This document shows positions 1 through 8,140 of a DNA stretch of 64,000 nt, in pieces. How positions within the stretch are numbered: position 1 is the first letter of the stretch; the number at the start of each line of letters is the position of its first letter. The translations under genes and the position numbers were made by a program. Source of the DNA: a virus; the IMG/VR virus record IMGVR_UViG_3300012348_000111, positions 1 through 64,000 of that record; one strand, written 5' to 3'. The notes below the pieces were generated by a model, which did not search any database, was not told where the DNA came from, and worked only from the letters and a program-made list of their open reading frames with translations.

Positions 1-135
1 AGAGGATGTATTGTTCAAGTAGGCTGTAAAGAAATTCCTTTTGAAGATGTATCAAGAGCAATGGCTGAACTTAATGCGTATGTAACAGGAGATACATACG
101 AGATACAAAAGAAATGGCGTAAATTGCTAGATTAA
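1..135 (+). CDS. hypothetical protein, 5'-truncated by the window edge
   Basis: Frame 1 is open (RGCIVQVGCKEIPF...RKLLD*) and ends in a TAATG overlap with the next start. Confidence 0.6.
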   Translation, partial: RGCIVQVGCKEIPFEDVSRAMAELNAYVTGDTYEIQKKWRKLLD

Positions 136-410
136 TGAACAACACAGAAACAACAAAAGAGTTGACACTTGGAGAAAAAAGATGTCACATTAACTTCAAT
201 CCATCAAGCGATGATAAGATTGGAACATTCAAACGTATGATGGCTGATGCTATTGACTTTTGCGAAAGAGAAGTAATGCTATCAAGAAGTTCAACTACAT
301 TAACTTCTGATGAATACATGGAGCAAGTAAGATGTTTTAAGATTGCCCAAGAGCACCTAGAAACGGCACAAATGTATGCGGTAAAAGGAATCGCTAAAGG
401 GTTAAAGTAA
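135..410 (+). CDS. Acb2/Tad1-like helical-hairpin protein, candidate nucleotide-signal sponge
   Basis: FNPS...KIGTFKRMMADAID plus a C-terminal helix RCFKIAQEHLETAQMYAVKGIA resembling the Acb2/Tad1 hairpin. Confidence 0.55.
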   Translation: MNNTETTKELTLGEKRCHINFNPSSDDKIGTFKRMMADAIDFCEREVMLSRSSTTLTSDEYMEQVRCFKIAQEHLETAQMYAVKGIAKGLK

Positions 411-760
411 TGGAACTTACACAAACTCAATACTACATTGCCGTAGCGTGTCACGAAGCCAATAAGGTTTGGTGTGAAGCAAATGGTGATTTTTCTCAAA
501 AGCATTGGTATGCTTCCGAAGGTTGGCAACAAGATTCGGCAATCAATGGAGTAAAATTCCGATTAGAAAATCCAGATGCCAAAGAAGATGCTCAACACAA
601 TGCTTGGATGGAAGACAAAATCAAAGATGGTTGGGTATATGGAGAAGTAAAGGATGCAGAAAAGAAAACTCACCCTTGTTTAGTTCCGTTTGACCAATTA
701 CCTTTGTTCCAACAAAAGAAAGACAAGCTATTCTGTGCAATAGTTGATGCTTTAAAATAG
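410..760 (+). CDS. stand-alone RyR (ryanodine receptor repeat) domain protein
   Basis: HNAWMEDKIKDGWVYGEVKDAEKKTHPCLVPFDQLP is the RyR repeat signature. Confidence 0.85.
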   Translation: MELTQTQYYIAVACHEANKVWCEANGDFSQKHWYASEGWQQDSAINGVKFRLENPDAKEDAQHNAWMEDKIKDGWVYGEVKDAEKKTHPCLVPFDQLPLFQQKKDKLFCAIVDALK

Positions 761-880
761 TTAGCCAGCAGGCCACTGGATCGAAAACAAGGAAGCTTCC
801 CGTAAGATCAGCAGACCTTCTGAATCGTTAGTCAGCATAGTTATCAGGTTCTATGGATGCTTAATGCAAAAACCTGGCAT

Positions 881-968
881 ACCAGAGTGGTGGAATTGGT
901 AGACACATGCGGTGGATTTTAATTGGAATTGCTGCTAAATTACAGGTTCGAGTCCTGTTTCTGGTACA
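881..968 (+). ncRNA. tRNA-like RNA with no canonical anticodon arm
   Basis: Acceptor ACCAGAG/TTCTGGT; Leu/Ser-type D arm GTGGAATTGGTAGACAC; T arm ACAGG-TTCGAGT-CCTGT; centre folds as one G-U-rich hairpin. Confidence 0.7.
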
Positions 969-1106
969 AAAAGAATTAGAAGGTAAACGTGAAATGAAGA
1001 ATTGGAGAATAGGAAGCTGATATTAGTATCAGAAGTTCGCTGGGCTACCCATCCAGACTGCTAAGCAGATAAATCCTCTCACCTATAAGGAATCTAATTC
1101 TTTTTT
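968..1106 (+). ncRNA. candidate multibranch structured RNA
   Basis: 13-bp closing inverted repeat AAAAAGAATTAGA/TCTAATTCTTTTT around hairpins CTGATA-TTAG-TATCAG, CTGG..CCAG and CTGC-TAA-GCAG. Confidence 0.5.
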
Positions 1107-1111
1107 TAAAT

Positions 1112-1286
1112 AGTCAGGTGGCGGAATTGGTATACGCAGTGGTGTGTTAAATGTGGGAATAGACATAATCCCTAACCTGATTAACCAACCGATACAACAT
1201 AAGAAATTAGGTTGTTCATTTGCAGGAAGGTTATTCAGGCTAACTGCTTGTCTTTTATGTAGGTTTGAATCCTACCCTGACTGCCA
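1112..1286 (+). ncRNA. tRNA-like RNA with a ~120-nt folded insert replacing the anticodon arm
   Basis: Acceptor AGTCAGG/CCTGACT plus G-CCA; D arm GCGGAATTGGTATACGC; T arm GTAGG-TTTGAAT-CCTAC. Confidence 0.75.
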
Positions 1287-1337
1287 AGTTAACCCACTAA
1301 GACAAGAAACGGGTGACTGCTGGAAAGACAGCAACAT

Positions 1338-1408
1338 TGCCCTGTAGAATAATGGCAGTTCACCTCACTTTGACTGAGGGCGTTGAGGTTCGAGTCCTCA
1401 CGGGGCAA
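1338..1408 (+). tRNA. tRNA-Gln(UUG)
   Basis: Cloverleaf TGCCCTG/CGGGGCA; D stem GAAT/GTTC; anticodon arm CCTCA-CTTTGAC-TGAGG; T arm TGAGG-TTCGAGT-CCTCA; CCA not encoded. Confidence 0.92.
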
Positions 1409-1441
1409 CAAAGGGGCAGCGATGTCCCTCTGTTAAAATAT

Positions 1442-1604
1442 AGTCAGATAGCACAGGAGTGCACACAATAGACCGCAAGTCTTTTATTACTGAAGGGAGG
1501 TAAGCGGACCTTCAGTAGGAGTGGCCAAACGCTGGTGGTACCTTTGCAAGGGTAAATTAGAGAAAACCACAAATGGTGTGGGGGTTCAAGTCCCCCTCTG
1601 ACTT
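1442..1604 (+). ncRNA. second large tRNA-like RNA with a ~115-nt folded insert
   Basis: Acceptor AGTCAGA/TCTGACT; mini D arm GCAC-AGGA-GTGC; T arm GGGGG-TTCAAGT-CCCCC; internal hairpins such as TACTGAAGG..CCTTCAGTA. Confidence 0.7.
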
Positions 1605-1626
1605 CTATAACCAAATTTATAAATAT

Positions 1627-1914
1627 ATGTATTCATTAAGAGAAATCAACAACAACACAAGATTTATTGAAACAAATCATCAAATCGGAGAAAGTTATTC
1701 ATTCTATGACAGAGGGAGAATGAATGATGATGCAAAGTTCCTTAACTATTTAAATTTTTATGATGAAAGGAATTACACGATGGAAGAAATTGATGATTTA
1801 AATGTAAAAGGTTTTATTCTTGGAGAAAAATCTTTACGTTTACTTTATCCTGATTCAGAGTATTATATTATGACAGAATCAGGGAAAACATTTGAATCTA
1901 TAAGATTTAAATAG
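1627..1914 (+). CDS. hypothetical protein (start likely MYSLREI, downstream of the RNA)
   Basis: The ORF-track start at 1573 lies inside the tRNA-like RNA; ATG at 1627 has an A-rich leader. Confidence 0.65.
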   Translation: MYSLREINNNTRFIETNHQIGESYSFYDRGRMNDDAKFLNYLNFYDERNYTMEEIDDLNVKGFILGEKSLRLLYPDSEYYIMTESGKTFESIRFK

Positions 1915-2088
1915 TAAAACAAAAATAGGTGATCTGATACTGACATTAAGTTGGGTGTGAAAGCAGATTAATGGCTACATCGTACAGCCTGTTTTAATTT
2001 ATTGCTTATATTTATACTCTAAGTATAAAAATAAGATTAATTTTAAACAACCACTTAAAAAGATAAGTTTTAACAAAATATAAAAACT

Positions 2089-2517
2089 ATGGCAACAATA
2101 ACAATAACAGAAGAACAATTAAGATTAATTCAGGATGCATTAGATATGTATTCCAGAATAGGTATTGGACAATTTTGGGTGATTAAAGACCATCCTACAT
2201 TTCAAGAAATTCTCCATAAAAAATCTACATTTGATGGTAAAGTTGATTATAACATCTATCATGACATGAGAGAAAGAGCAGACAAATACTTTACATTAGG
2301 CAGAGATACTTTATTGATAGACTTTACACTAGGACAACATGGTAGCTTTGGTATTTATAATAAAGAAGTAGATGAATCTTGTAGAGTAGCTTATGACTTA
2401 GTTCAAGTAATTAGACATGAGTTTTGGAAAGCTGATCCAAATAGGTCAGAACATGTAGTAATGTCAAGTGTACACTTAAGTAGTAAGGATTCAAATCAAA
2501 TAAAAGTAGAACTATGA
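2089..2517 (+). CDS. hypothetical protein
   Basis: 142-aa ORF with A-rich leader and ATGA coupling to the next gene. Confidence 0.75.
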   Translation: MATITITEEQLRLIQDALDMYSRIGIGQFWVIKDHPTFQEILHKKSTFDGKVDYNIYHDMRERADKYFTLGRDTLLIDFTLGQHGSFGIYNKEVDESCRVAYDLVQVIRHEFWKADPNRSEHVVMSSVHLSSKDSNQIKVEL

Positions 2518-2702
2518 GCAACAATAAACAAAGTAGCGTAAGATACATTATCGTAGACATCGTAAATAAAAAGTTCTTTTTAGATGCTGATGGGAATGTT
2601 AAAATCTTTGACAACTATGATGATTCAGTTTTGCATTGCAATATTTACGAATTACCTAACGCTTGGATATGTCACTTAATGTATAATTATATAGAACAAT
2701 GA
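2514..2702 (+). CDS. small hypothetical protein with MSNNKQ N-terminus
   Basis: ATGA overlaps at both ends. Confidence 0.65.
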   Translation: MSNNKQSSVRYIIVDIVNKKFFLDADGNVKIFDNYDDSVLHCNIYELPNAWICHLMYNYIEQ

Positions 2703-2818
2703 ACAACAATAAACAAAGTAGTAGTATTGATTTTTTTTGGAATCAATTAATATGTTTTATGTGGAATTTTAAATGGCATCCAACCAGCTACAGAGAATTT
2801 ATGTCAGAATATTTTTAA
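2699..2818 (+). CDS. 39-aa hypothetical protein (MNNNKQSSS...), not in the ORF track
   Basis: ATGA-coupled start; shares the 5' repeat with 2514 and 3531. Confidence 0.45.
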   Translation: MNNNKQSSSIDFFWNQLICFMWNFKWHPTSYREFMSEYF

Positions 2819-2874
2819 TATGAAACTGTTAACTATTTTAATATTGTTATGGTATATTTTTTTAATTAAACCTA

Positions 2875-3234
2875 ATGCTAAAAATAAAAGAAACAAAACC
2901 ACGTGAGTATAACTCTTCAAGACTGCAAGAACTCCTTGATGAAACAACACCTGAAGAAATGGAAGCAACTGAACAAAAAATATTGCAGGAAATAGAAAAT
3001 GATAATTCACCATATTGTCCTGTATGTAGTGGATGTGGTGAGGATCTTTGTTGTCCAGCTACAATGTGCCAGCAACATCCAGATGGTAGCTACTGCAATA
3101 TGTATCTTAAAGACTTAAAATTTGCTTACAAAATGAATAAATGGGTAACAGATAATTTGTATCACAAAATGCCTAAAGAGCTACAAGCGGAATATGATTT
3201 AGCTTGTAATGAAATTTATAAAGATTATGAGTAA
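2875..3234 (+). CDS. Cys-rich hypothetical protein
   Basis: CPVCSGCGEDLCCPATMC motif, possible Zn binding. Confidence 0.7.
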   Translation: MLKIKETKPREYNSSRLQELLDETTPEEMEATEQKILQEIENDNSPYCPVCSGCGEDLCCPATMCQQHPDGSYCNMYLKDLKFAYKMNKWVTDNLYHKMPKELQAEYDLACNEIYKDYE

Positions 3235-3544
3235 AATACCACAAATTAAAATACCTCTAGCAATTTTACCAGAAAAATGGAAACTTGTTAGAGAAAGAGA
3301 CGGTTTAACCAAAGCATCAGCAGATATTCGTTGGATAGAATTTGATGAAAACGGCAGGGGAAAAGCATTGCACAAATACCCTGCTGTTGGATATTCACTT
3401 ATTATGTCTCCATTCAATGAATTTTTTACATGGCAGACAACTTCTGTAACAGAAATTCTGTATATGGGAGAAGATGGATCAGTAAGATTCAAAACAGAAA
3501 ACTCAGTTTACACACTAACTAAAATAGAAGATGAGCAACAATAA
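3227..3544 (+). CDS. hypothetical protein
   Basis: ORF with likely start MSKIPQ overlapping the upstream stop. Confidence 0.7.
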   Translation: MSKIPQIKIPLAILPEKWKLVRERDGLTKASADIRWIEFDENGRGKALHKYPAVGYSLIMSPFNEFFTWQTTSVTEILYMGEDGSVRFKTENSVYTLTKIEDEQQ

Positions 3545-3731
3545 ACAACCACTAGGATTAATGCCACACAGTGTATTTTTACTAAGAAGATTGGAAGAAA
3601 TTTTTGAAGCAATTGAAAGGTATTATCAAGCCAACATGCAAATACCTGTAGAATGGATTACAGAGTATAACTTACTTATAGATATGTATAAAAATAATTT
3701 AGGTAACAATGAACAATCAACAACAACCTAA
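3531..3731 (+). CDS. small hypothetical protein with MSNNKQ N-terminus
   Basis: ORF in a tightly packed operon. Confidence 0.65.
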   Translation: MSNNKQPLGLMPHSVFLLRRLEEIFEAIERYYQANMQIPVEWITEYNLLIDMYKNNLGNNEQSTTT

Positions 3732-3876
3732 AATAATATTTACTACCAAAGAAGAAAATGGTGTAAGTGATATGAATAATGCATTTCAAAACTTTGAAGA
3801 GATTTGCAACCATTATGGATTTACAATTAAAGATATTAAAATAGTAAAAATAGAAGATGAAAACGAAACCATTTAA
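3709..3876 (+). CDS. 55-aa hypothetical protein (MNNQQQPKIIF...), not in the ORF track
   Basis: Fills the gap and overlaps both neighbours. Confidence 0.5.
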   Translation: MNNQQQPKIIFTTKEENGVSDMNNAFQNFEEICNHYGFTIKDIKIVKIEDENETI

Positions 3877-4231
3877 TTTAGAAGAAGCCCTTAATGGAGC
3901 AAAAGTTGTTACCCGCGATGGGCGTGAGGTTACACAGTTAACAAAATTTAATGTAAGAGAAGGAATAAGAATAGTAGGAGTAATTGAAGGATATAGGTCA
4001 ACTTTAGAATGGGATAATATTGAAGGTTTTACTTATTCAGGATGTGAATCAACAACTGATTTATTTCTTGTTAAAGAACCAAAAAGTGTTTGGGTGAATG
4101 TTTATGTAAGTGACAAAGGAAATTTATTGTTATCTTCTCCAAACGATACTAAACAAGATGCATTGCAAACTATTACCAAAGGAGAATACTACACTTATTT
4201 AAAAACAATTGAAATAACAGACGAACCATGA
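3857..4231 (+). CDS. hypothetical protein (KPFNLEEALNGAKVVTRDGR type)
   Basis: N-terminal motif I recall from phage small proteins; coupled ORF. Confidence 0.75.
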   Translation: MKTKPFNLEEALNGAKVVTRDGREVTQLTKFNVREGIRIVGVIEGYRSTLEWDNIEGFTYSGCESTTDLFLVKEPKSVWVNVYVSDKGNLLLSSPNDTKQDALQTITKGEYYTYLKTIEITDEP

Positions 4232-4464
4232 AAGCAATACTAGAATTTGATTTTGACAAAGAAGACAGTGATGACCGTTTAGAGTTTCAAGACGCTATAA
4301 ACGGCACTAAATGGAAAATGCTTGTGTGGGATTTAGACCAACACTTAAGAGCTAAAACTAAATATGCATCAGATAATGATAATCCTGAAGCAGTTAACGC
4401 TCTTTATGTGTTAAGAGAATACTTACATAAATTAATGGTAGAACGTAACTTAGACATAAATTAA
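4228..4464 (+). CDS. hypothetical protein (MKAILEF type)
   Basis: Coupled ORF. Confidence 0.75.
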   Translation: MKAILEFDFDKEDSDDRLEFQDAINGTKWKMLVWDLDQHLRAKTKYASDNDNPEAVNALYVLREYLHKLMVERNLDIN

Positions 4465-4883
4465 TGATATTTATAAATAGATATAGAGATAGGTTCAAAT
4501 TTGAATTAGACTCTGATGGAAACATCTTATGGAAAGGAGATTTTAAATACTGTAGACTTGGATGGCCTAATGATTATACAGAAGCATATAGTAAATATGT
4601 TGAAGATGATTGTGACAGTAGTTCAATGATGACAATAGGAGAATTTAAAAAAGCTATACATGAATCAGATGAACATGGTTACACAGATTTTGCTTTAAAA
4701 TACATGAAACATGTAAGATCAGACACTTCAAAAATCCATATGGTAGATCCTAGTGGTGGACCATATCTTACAGAAGGAAGCGATATGGGTTACATTGATG
4801 ATGAGTTTAAAGGAATGATTGTAAAAGAATTTCAATCAATAGATAAAGATACTTGGAAAATAATTATAAATGAAAAACAATAA
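4464..4883 (+). CDS. hypothetical protein (VDPSGGPYL motif)
   Basis: Coupled ORF. Confidence 0.75.
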   Translation: MIFINRYRDRFKFELDSDGNILWKGDFKYCRLGWPNDYTEAYSKYVEDDCDSSSMMTIGEFKKAIHESDEHGYTDFALKYMKHVRSDTSKIHMVDPSGGPYLTEGSDMGYIDDEFKGMIVKEFQSIDKDTWKIIINEKQ

Positions 4884-5478
4884 ATTTTATAAGCCTCCAA
4901 CATTTAGAGAACGCTTAACTAACCTAAAATATACTTTTCTATTCTGGAAAGGTAGAAGTAAAGGTATGGTTTATACTCGTGATATTAAATTAGATGACTT
5001 TAGATACATTTTCTTCCCTAAAGATTTTTCTGAAAAATATGGTTATTTAGGATCCGTTCCAGATTACAAATACTATGACCAAGCTATGGTTGCTTTAGTA
5101 TTAGCAATGGATTATGAAGCAAAACCAAAATGGTGTCCAAGATGTTTTTTAAGATTTCTACATGTATTTGGTGATGATAAATCTATTGTAAGAGTTCGTA
5201 ATTGGACTTTACATAATTTATCAAATAAACTAACCAAAGGTATTGCATTTATAGATTACAAAACTAAATGGTCACATTATGATTTACGTATATCAATTCA
5301 TGGACCTAAATATTTACAAGATTTAGCGGATGGAATAGAGTATAAGTTTTACCAAAATGGTAGAGAGGAAGAACTATTTCAACAAATTAAAAGATTAGAT
5401 CCTTCAGCAAATCCTATAAGAGGAAGTATCTCTTATCTAGAAGAAGAATTAATTAAATTAAAAAATAAGAAAAAATGA
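4870..5478 (+). CDS. hypothetical protein
   Basis: 202-aa coupled ORF. Confidence 0.75.
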   Translation: MKNNKFYKPPTFRERLTNLKYTFLFWKGRSKGMVYTRDIKLDDFRYIFFPKDFSEKYGYLGSVPDYKYYDQAMVALVLAMDYEAKPKWCPRCFLRFLHVFGDDKSIVRVRNWTLHNLSNKLTKGIAFIDYKTKWSHYDLRISIHGPKYLQDLADGIEYKFYQNGREEELFQQIKRLDPSANPIRGSISYLEEELIKLKNKKK

Positions 5479-5702
5479 GCAAATTAGTATTTACTCCTAA
5501 AAATTTAGAAAACTTAATTAAAGATTGGGTAGAAGAAAGAATAACCTATGGTAGAATGATAGAGATTATGAATGATATGGTTGAACCACATATTTTAAAA
5601 GCTTTTGAAGAAGGAACAAAATACAAAGAAAACCATAAAAACCCAGCAGAAGTCTATTACAGACGTAATTACACTAAAAAAATATTACCAAACACAAAAT
5701 GA
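5475..5702 (+). CDS. hypothetical protein
   Basis: ATGA coupling. Confidence 0.7.
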   Translation: MSKLVFTPKNLENLIKDWVEERITYGRMIEIMNDMVEPHILKAFEEGTKYKENHKNPAEVYYRRNYTKKILPNTK

Positions 5703-5968
5703 AAGAAACTGACTTTATTACATTAGGTTTTGAAAAACAACAAGAGACTATTGAATCATCAGGATGTGAAACAGATTGGCATTACTATACTTTAAAAATA
5801 GGAGATATAACATTAATTTCTAATGAAAATGAAAAAGCTAAAAAAGAAGGATGGTGTGTCTATATTTTTGATTCATTAGAACTTTATTTTATTGATTTTG
5901 AAGATGTCTACAACCTAATTCAAATACTTAAGAAAGGATTACAAAATGGAACAGTCACTAAGAGATAA
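5699..5968 (+). CDS. hypothetical protein
   Basis: ATGA coupling. Confidence 0.7.
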   Translation: MKETDFITLGFEKQQETIESSGCETDWHYYTLKIGDITLISNENEKAKKEGWCVYIFDSLELYFIDFEDVYNLIQILKKGLQNGTVTKR

Positions 5969-7067
5969 ACTACAACAAGAAGCATTAACAGAAGCTTGTA
6001 AATTTAGAAGATCTGGATTAAATCTATCAGTAGGTTTTGGTAAAACTAAAGTAGGTTTAATGTATCTTGAAAAAGCAGGAGGAAATACTCTTATAGTTGT
6101 TCCTAAACTAGACATTATTAAGTCTTGGCAAGACGATGCTGTAAAATTTGGCTATGAGGAGATAATTGAAAAATGTTCATTCAGTACTTATTTGTCTCTT
6201 CACAAATTAGATCCATCAGACTATCAAAATATAGTCCTAGATGAGGCACATAACCTTAAATTATCTCATGATGTATTTCTTTCTCAATTCAATGGTAATG
6301 TTCTTGGACTAACAGGTACTCCTCCTAAGTGGAGAAATAACGAAAAAGGTAAGATGATGATTAAATATTATCCTATTCGTTACAACTATAGTACTGATGA
6401 TGCAGTAGAAGACAATATTCTAAACGATTATGAGGTTAAACTACATTACTTACCATTATCTAGTGAAAACAATTTTAAAGTAGAAAACAAAGGTAAATTT
6501 TTCTATACCAGTGAACAGAAAGCATATGCTTATGCTACAAAACGAGTAATGGAATCAAGTGGAGGTAAAGATGAAATGTTTGCCCACATTAATCGTATTA
6601 ACAAATTAAAACAATTTACTTCAAAAGAACATTATGTCAAACAGCTACTAAAGTATATACCTAAAGATGAAAAAGTAATTATCTTCTGTAATACGATAGA
6701 ACAAGCTGAAAGACTATGTGAGTACTCTCACCATTCAAAGAAGGTAGATAGTCCCTTAGAAGACTTTAAACAAGGTAATATTACAAGATTATCATGTGTA
6801 GAGCAATTAAGTGAAGGTATTAACATACCAAACTTAAAACATGCTATTATTTTACATACTTATTCTGGAGGTTCTCCAAAAAGCAAACAAAAGTTTGGAC
6901 GATTGATGCGTCTTTCAGTAGATGAATTAGCTACAGTTCACATACTTTGTTATTCAGACACGGTAGATGAAAAGTGGGTAGAAGGAAATCTAGAAAATTT
7001 TAACCAAGAAAAAATAGAAATAGTAACTTTAGAACAATTAAAACAAGACCATGACAAACACAATTAA
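5946..7067 (+). CDS. superfamily 2 DEAH helicase
   Basis: SVGFGKT (Walker A), LDEAH, GLTGT, IIFCN, EGINIP, QKFGRLMR. Confidence 0.9.
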   Translation: MEQSLRDKLQQEALTEACKFRRSGLNLSVGFGKTKVGLMYLEKAGGNTLIVVPKLDIIKSWQDDAVKFGYEEIIEKCSFSTYLSLHKLDPSDYQNIVLDEAHNLKLSHDVFLSQFNGNVLGLTGTPPKWRNNEKGKMMIKYYPIRYNYSTDDAVEDNILNDYEVKLHYLPLSSENNFKVENKGKFFYTSEQKAYAYATKRVMESSGGKDEMFAHINRINKLKQFTSKEHYVKQLLKYIPKDEKVIIFCNTIEQAERLCEYSHHSKKVDSPLEDFKQGNITRLSCVEQLSEGINIPNLKHAIILHTYSGGSPKSKQKFGRLMRLSVDELATVHILCYSDTVDEKWVEGNLENFNQEKIEIVTLEQLKQDHDKHN

Positions 7068-7266
7068 ACAGACACAGCAATTATTAGCTGAACTAGATGC
7101 TCTTATTGAAAAAGATTACAATGAAGCATTACAACTTATTGAACAGTTTAAACAAGAAACTGAATCTATGAGAGAATACAATACACTTTCTAATCAAGAA
7201 CTATTTGATTTGACAGAAAAAATTGATATCTTTGATAGAAATTTAGATTTAATTGACCAAGACTAA
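7051..7266 (+). CDS. hypothetical coiled-coil protein
   Basis: ORF in operon. Confidence 0.6.
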   Translation: MTNTIKQTQQLLAELDALIEKDYNEALQLIEQFKQETESMREYNTLSNQELFDLTEKIDIFDRNLDLIDQD

Positions 7267-7453
7267 TAACATAGAACAAGAGATTATGAATAAGGTTCAA
7301 AGTCTTACAGGTAAAATTACCCCTGAGTTTATAGATTATTGTAATCTTAGGGGTATTGACCTTGTAAAATGGTATAAGTGGCAATTACATTTAATTTGGG
7401 AACAAAGAAACCTTAACAGAAAAATGAGCGGTAGACGATATGGGAAAGGTTAA
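7253..7453 (+). CDS. hypothetical protein
   Basis: ORF in operon; start uncertain. Confidence 0.5.
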   Translation: MTKTNNIEQEIMNKVQSLTGKITPEFIDYCNLRGIDLVKWYKWQLHLIWEQRNLNRKMSGRRYGKG

Positions 7454-7525
7454 AGATTATTATATGGATTTAGAAAACAATTCATATCAAAAAACTAAAA
7501 AAAGATATTCTAAAACATTTACATT

Positions 7526-7885
7526 ATGGAAATTTCAAATAACACTAACAATCTTAAAAACGAAGAAGTAAATCTTCTAGATCAATTATCTAAAGTCTCT
7601 AAAGATGAAATATTATTTTCAGCTAATAAAAAAGTTGAAGAAATAATTAATGATTCCAAAGAAATTGTTTTTGAATATCTTTCTTATAGTACAGAAGAAA
7701 CTAATCTAAGCGAACTAGAAATTAGTTTAATTAGAAATATTGCTTTATTTTCTGTTAAAGAAGTACAAAAAGGTTTATTGTCTGATACATCTCAAATAGA
7801 TAATCCATTTATGAAAAATATTTTGTATTTTTGGACAGAAGTTATCAATCAACTAAAAGAATGGACTCCAACAACAAAGCTTTAG
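7526..7885 (+). CDS. hypothetical protein
   Basis: 119-aa ORF. Confidence 0.65.
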   Translation: MEISNNTNNLKNEEVNLLDQLSKVSKDEILFSANKKVEEIINDSKEIVFEYLSYSTEETNLSELEISLIRNIALFSVKEVQKGLLSDTSQIDNPFMKNILYFWTEVINQLKEWTPTTKL

Positions 7886-8067
7886 ACAATTGGTTATTTC
7901 ATTACAACTCATACAATGAAACATGGTATGGTTTTGTAAGAGAAGACCACAATGATTATTTTAATGGTAATTGTTTTACTGTAAAATCTAAAAATATCTC
8001 AGTTCTAATGGAATTAATTACTAGAGCTAATGGAGATAAAAATAAAATTAAAGAAGTAATATACTAA
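7861..8067 (+). CDS. hypothetical protein (WLFHYNSY motif)
   Basis: Likely ATG start at 7861 (MDSNNK). Confidence 0.65.
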   Translation: MDSNNKALDNWLFHYNSYNETWYGFVREDHNDYFNGNCFTVKSKNISVLMELITRANGDKNKIKEVIY

Positions 8068-8096
8068 ACTAACCAAATCAAATAACCAAATCCGAG

Positions 8097-8122
8097 AAGA
8101 GGGGCAGAAATGCCCCTTTTTT
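8097..8122 (+). terminator. intrinsic terminator
   Basis: GGGGCA-GAAA-TGCCCC followed by T6. Confidence 0.85.
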
Positions 8123-8140
8123 CGTTTAAAAAATTAAATT

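Noticed and set aside
1138-1258. group I intron or tmRNA explanation for the insert
   Set aside because: The insert is too short, has no P/Q/R/S elements and no tag ORF, and no anticodon arm can be rebuilt by removing it.
1287-1337. theta/HDV-like ribozyme after the tRNA-like RNA
   Set aside because: I could not build the nested double pseudoknot or the catalytic J4/2.
1144-1347. 67-aa ORF
   Set aside because: It overlaps the tRNA-like RNA and the start of tRNA-Gln and has atypical composition.
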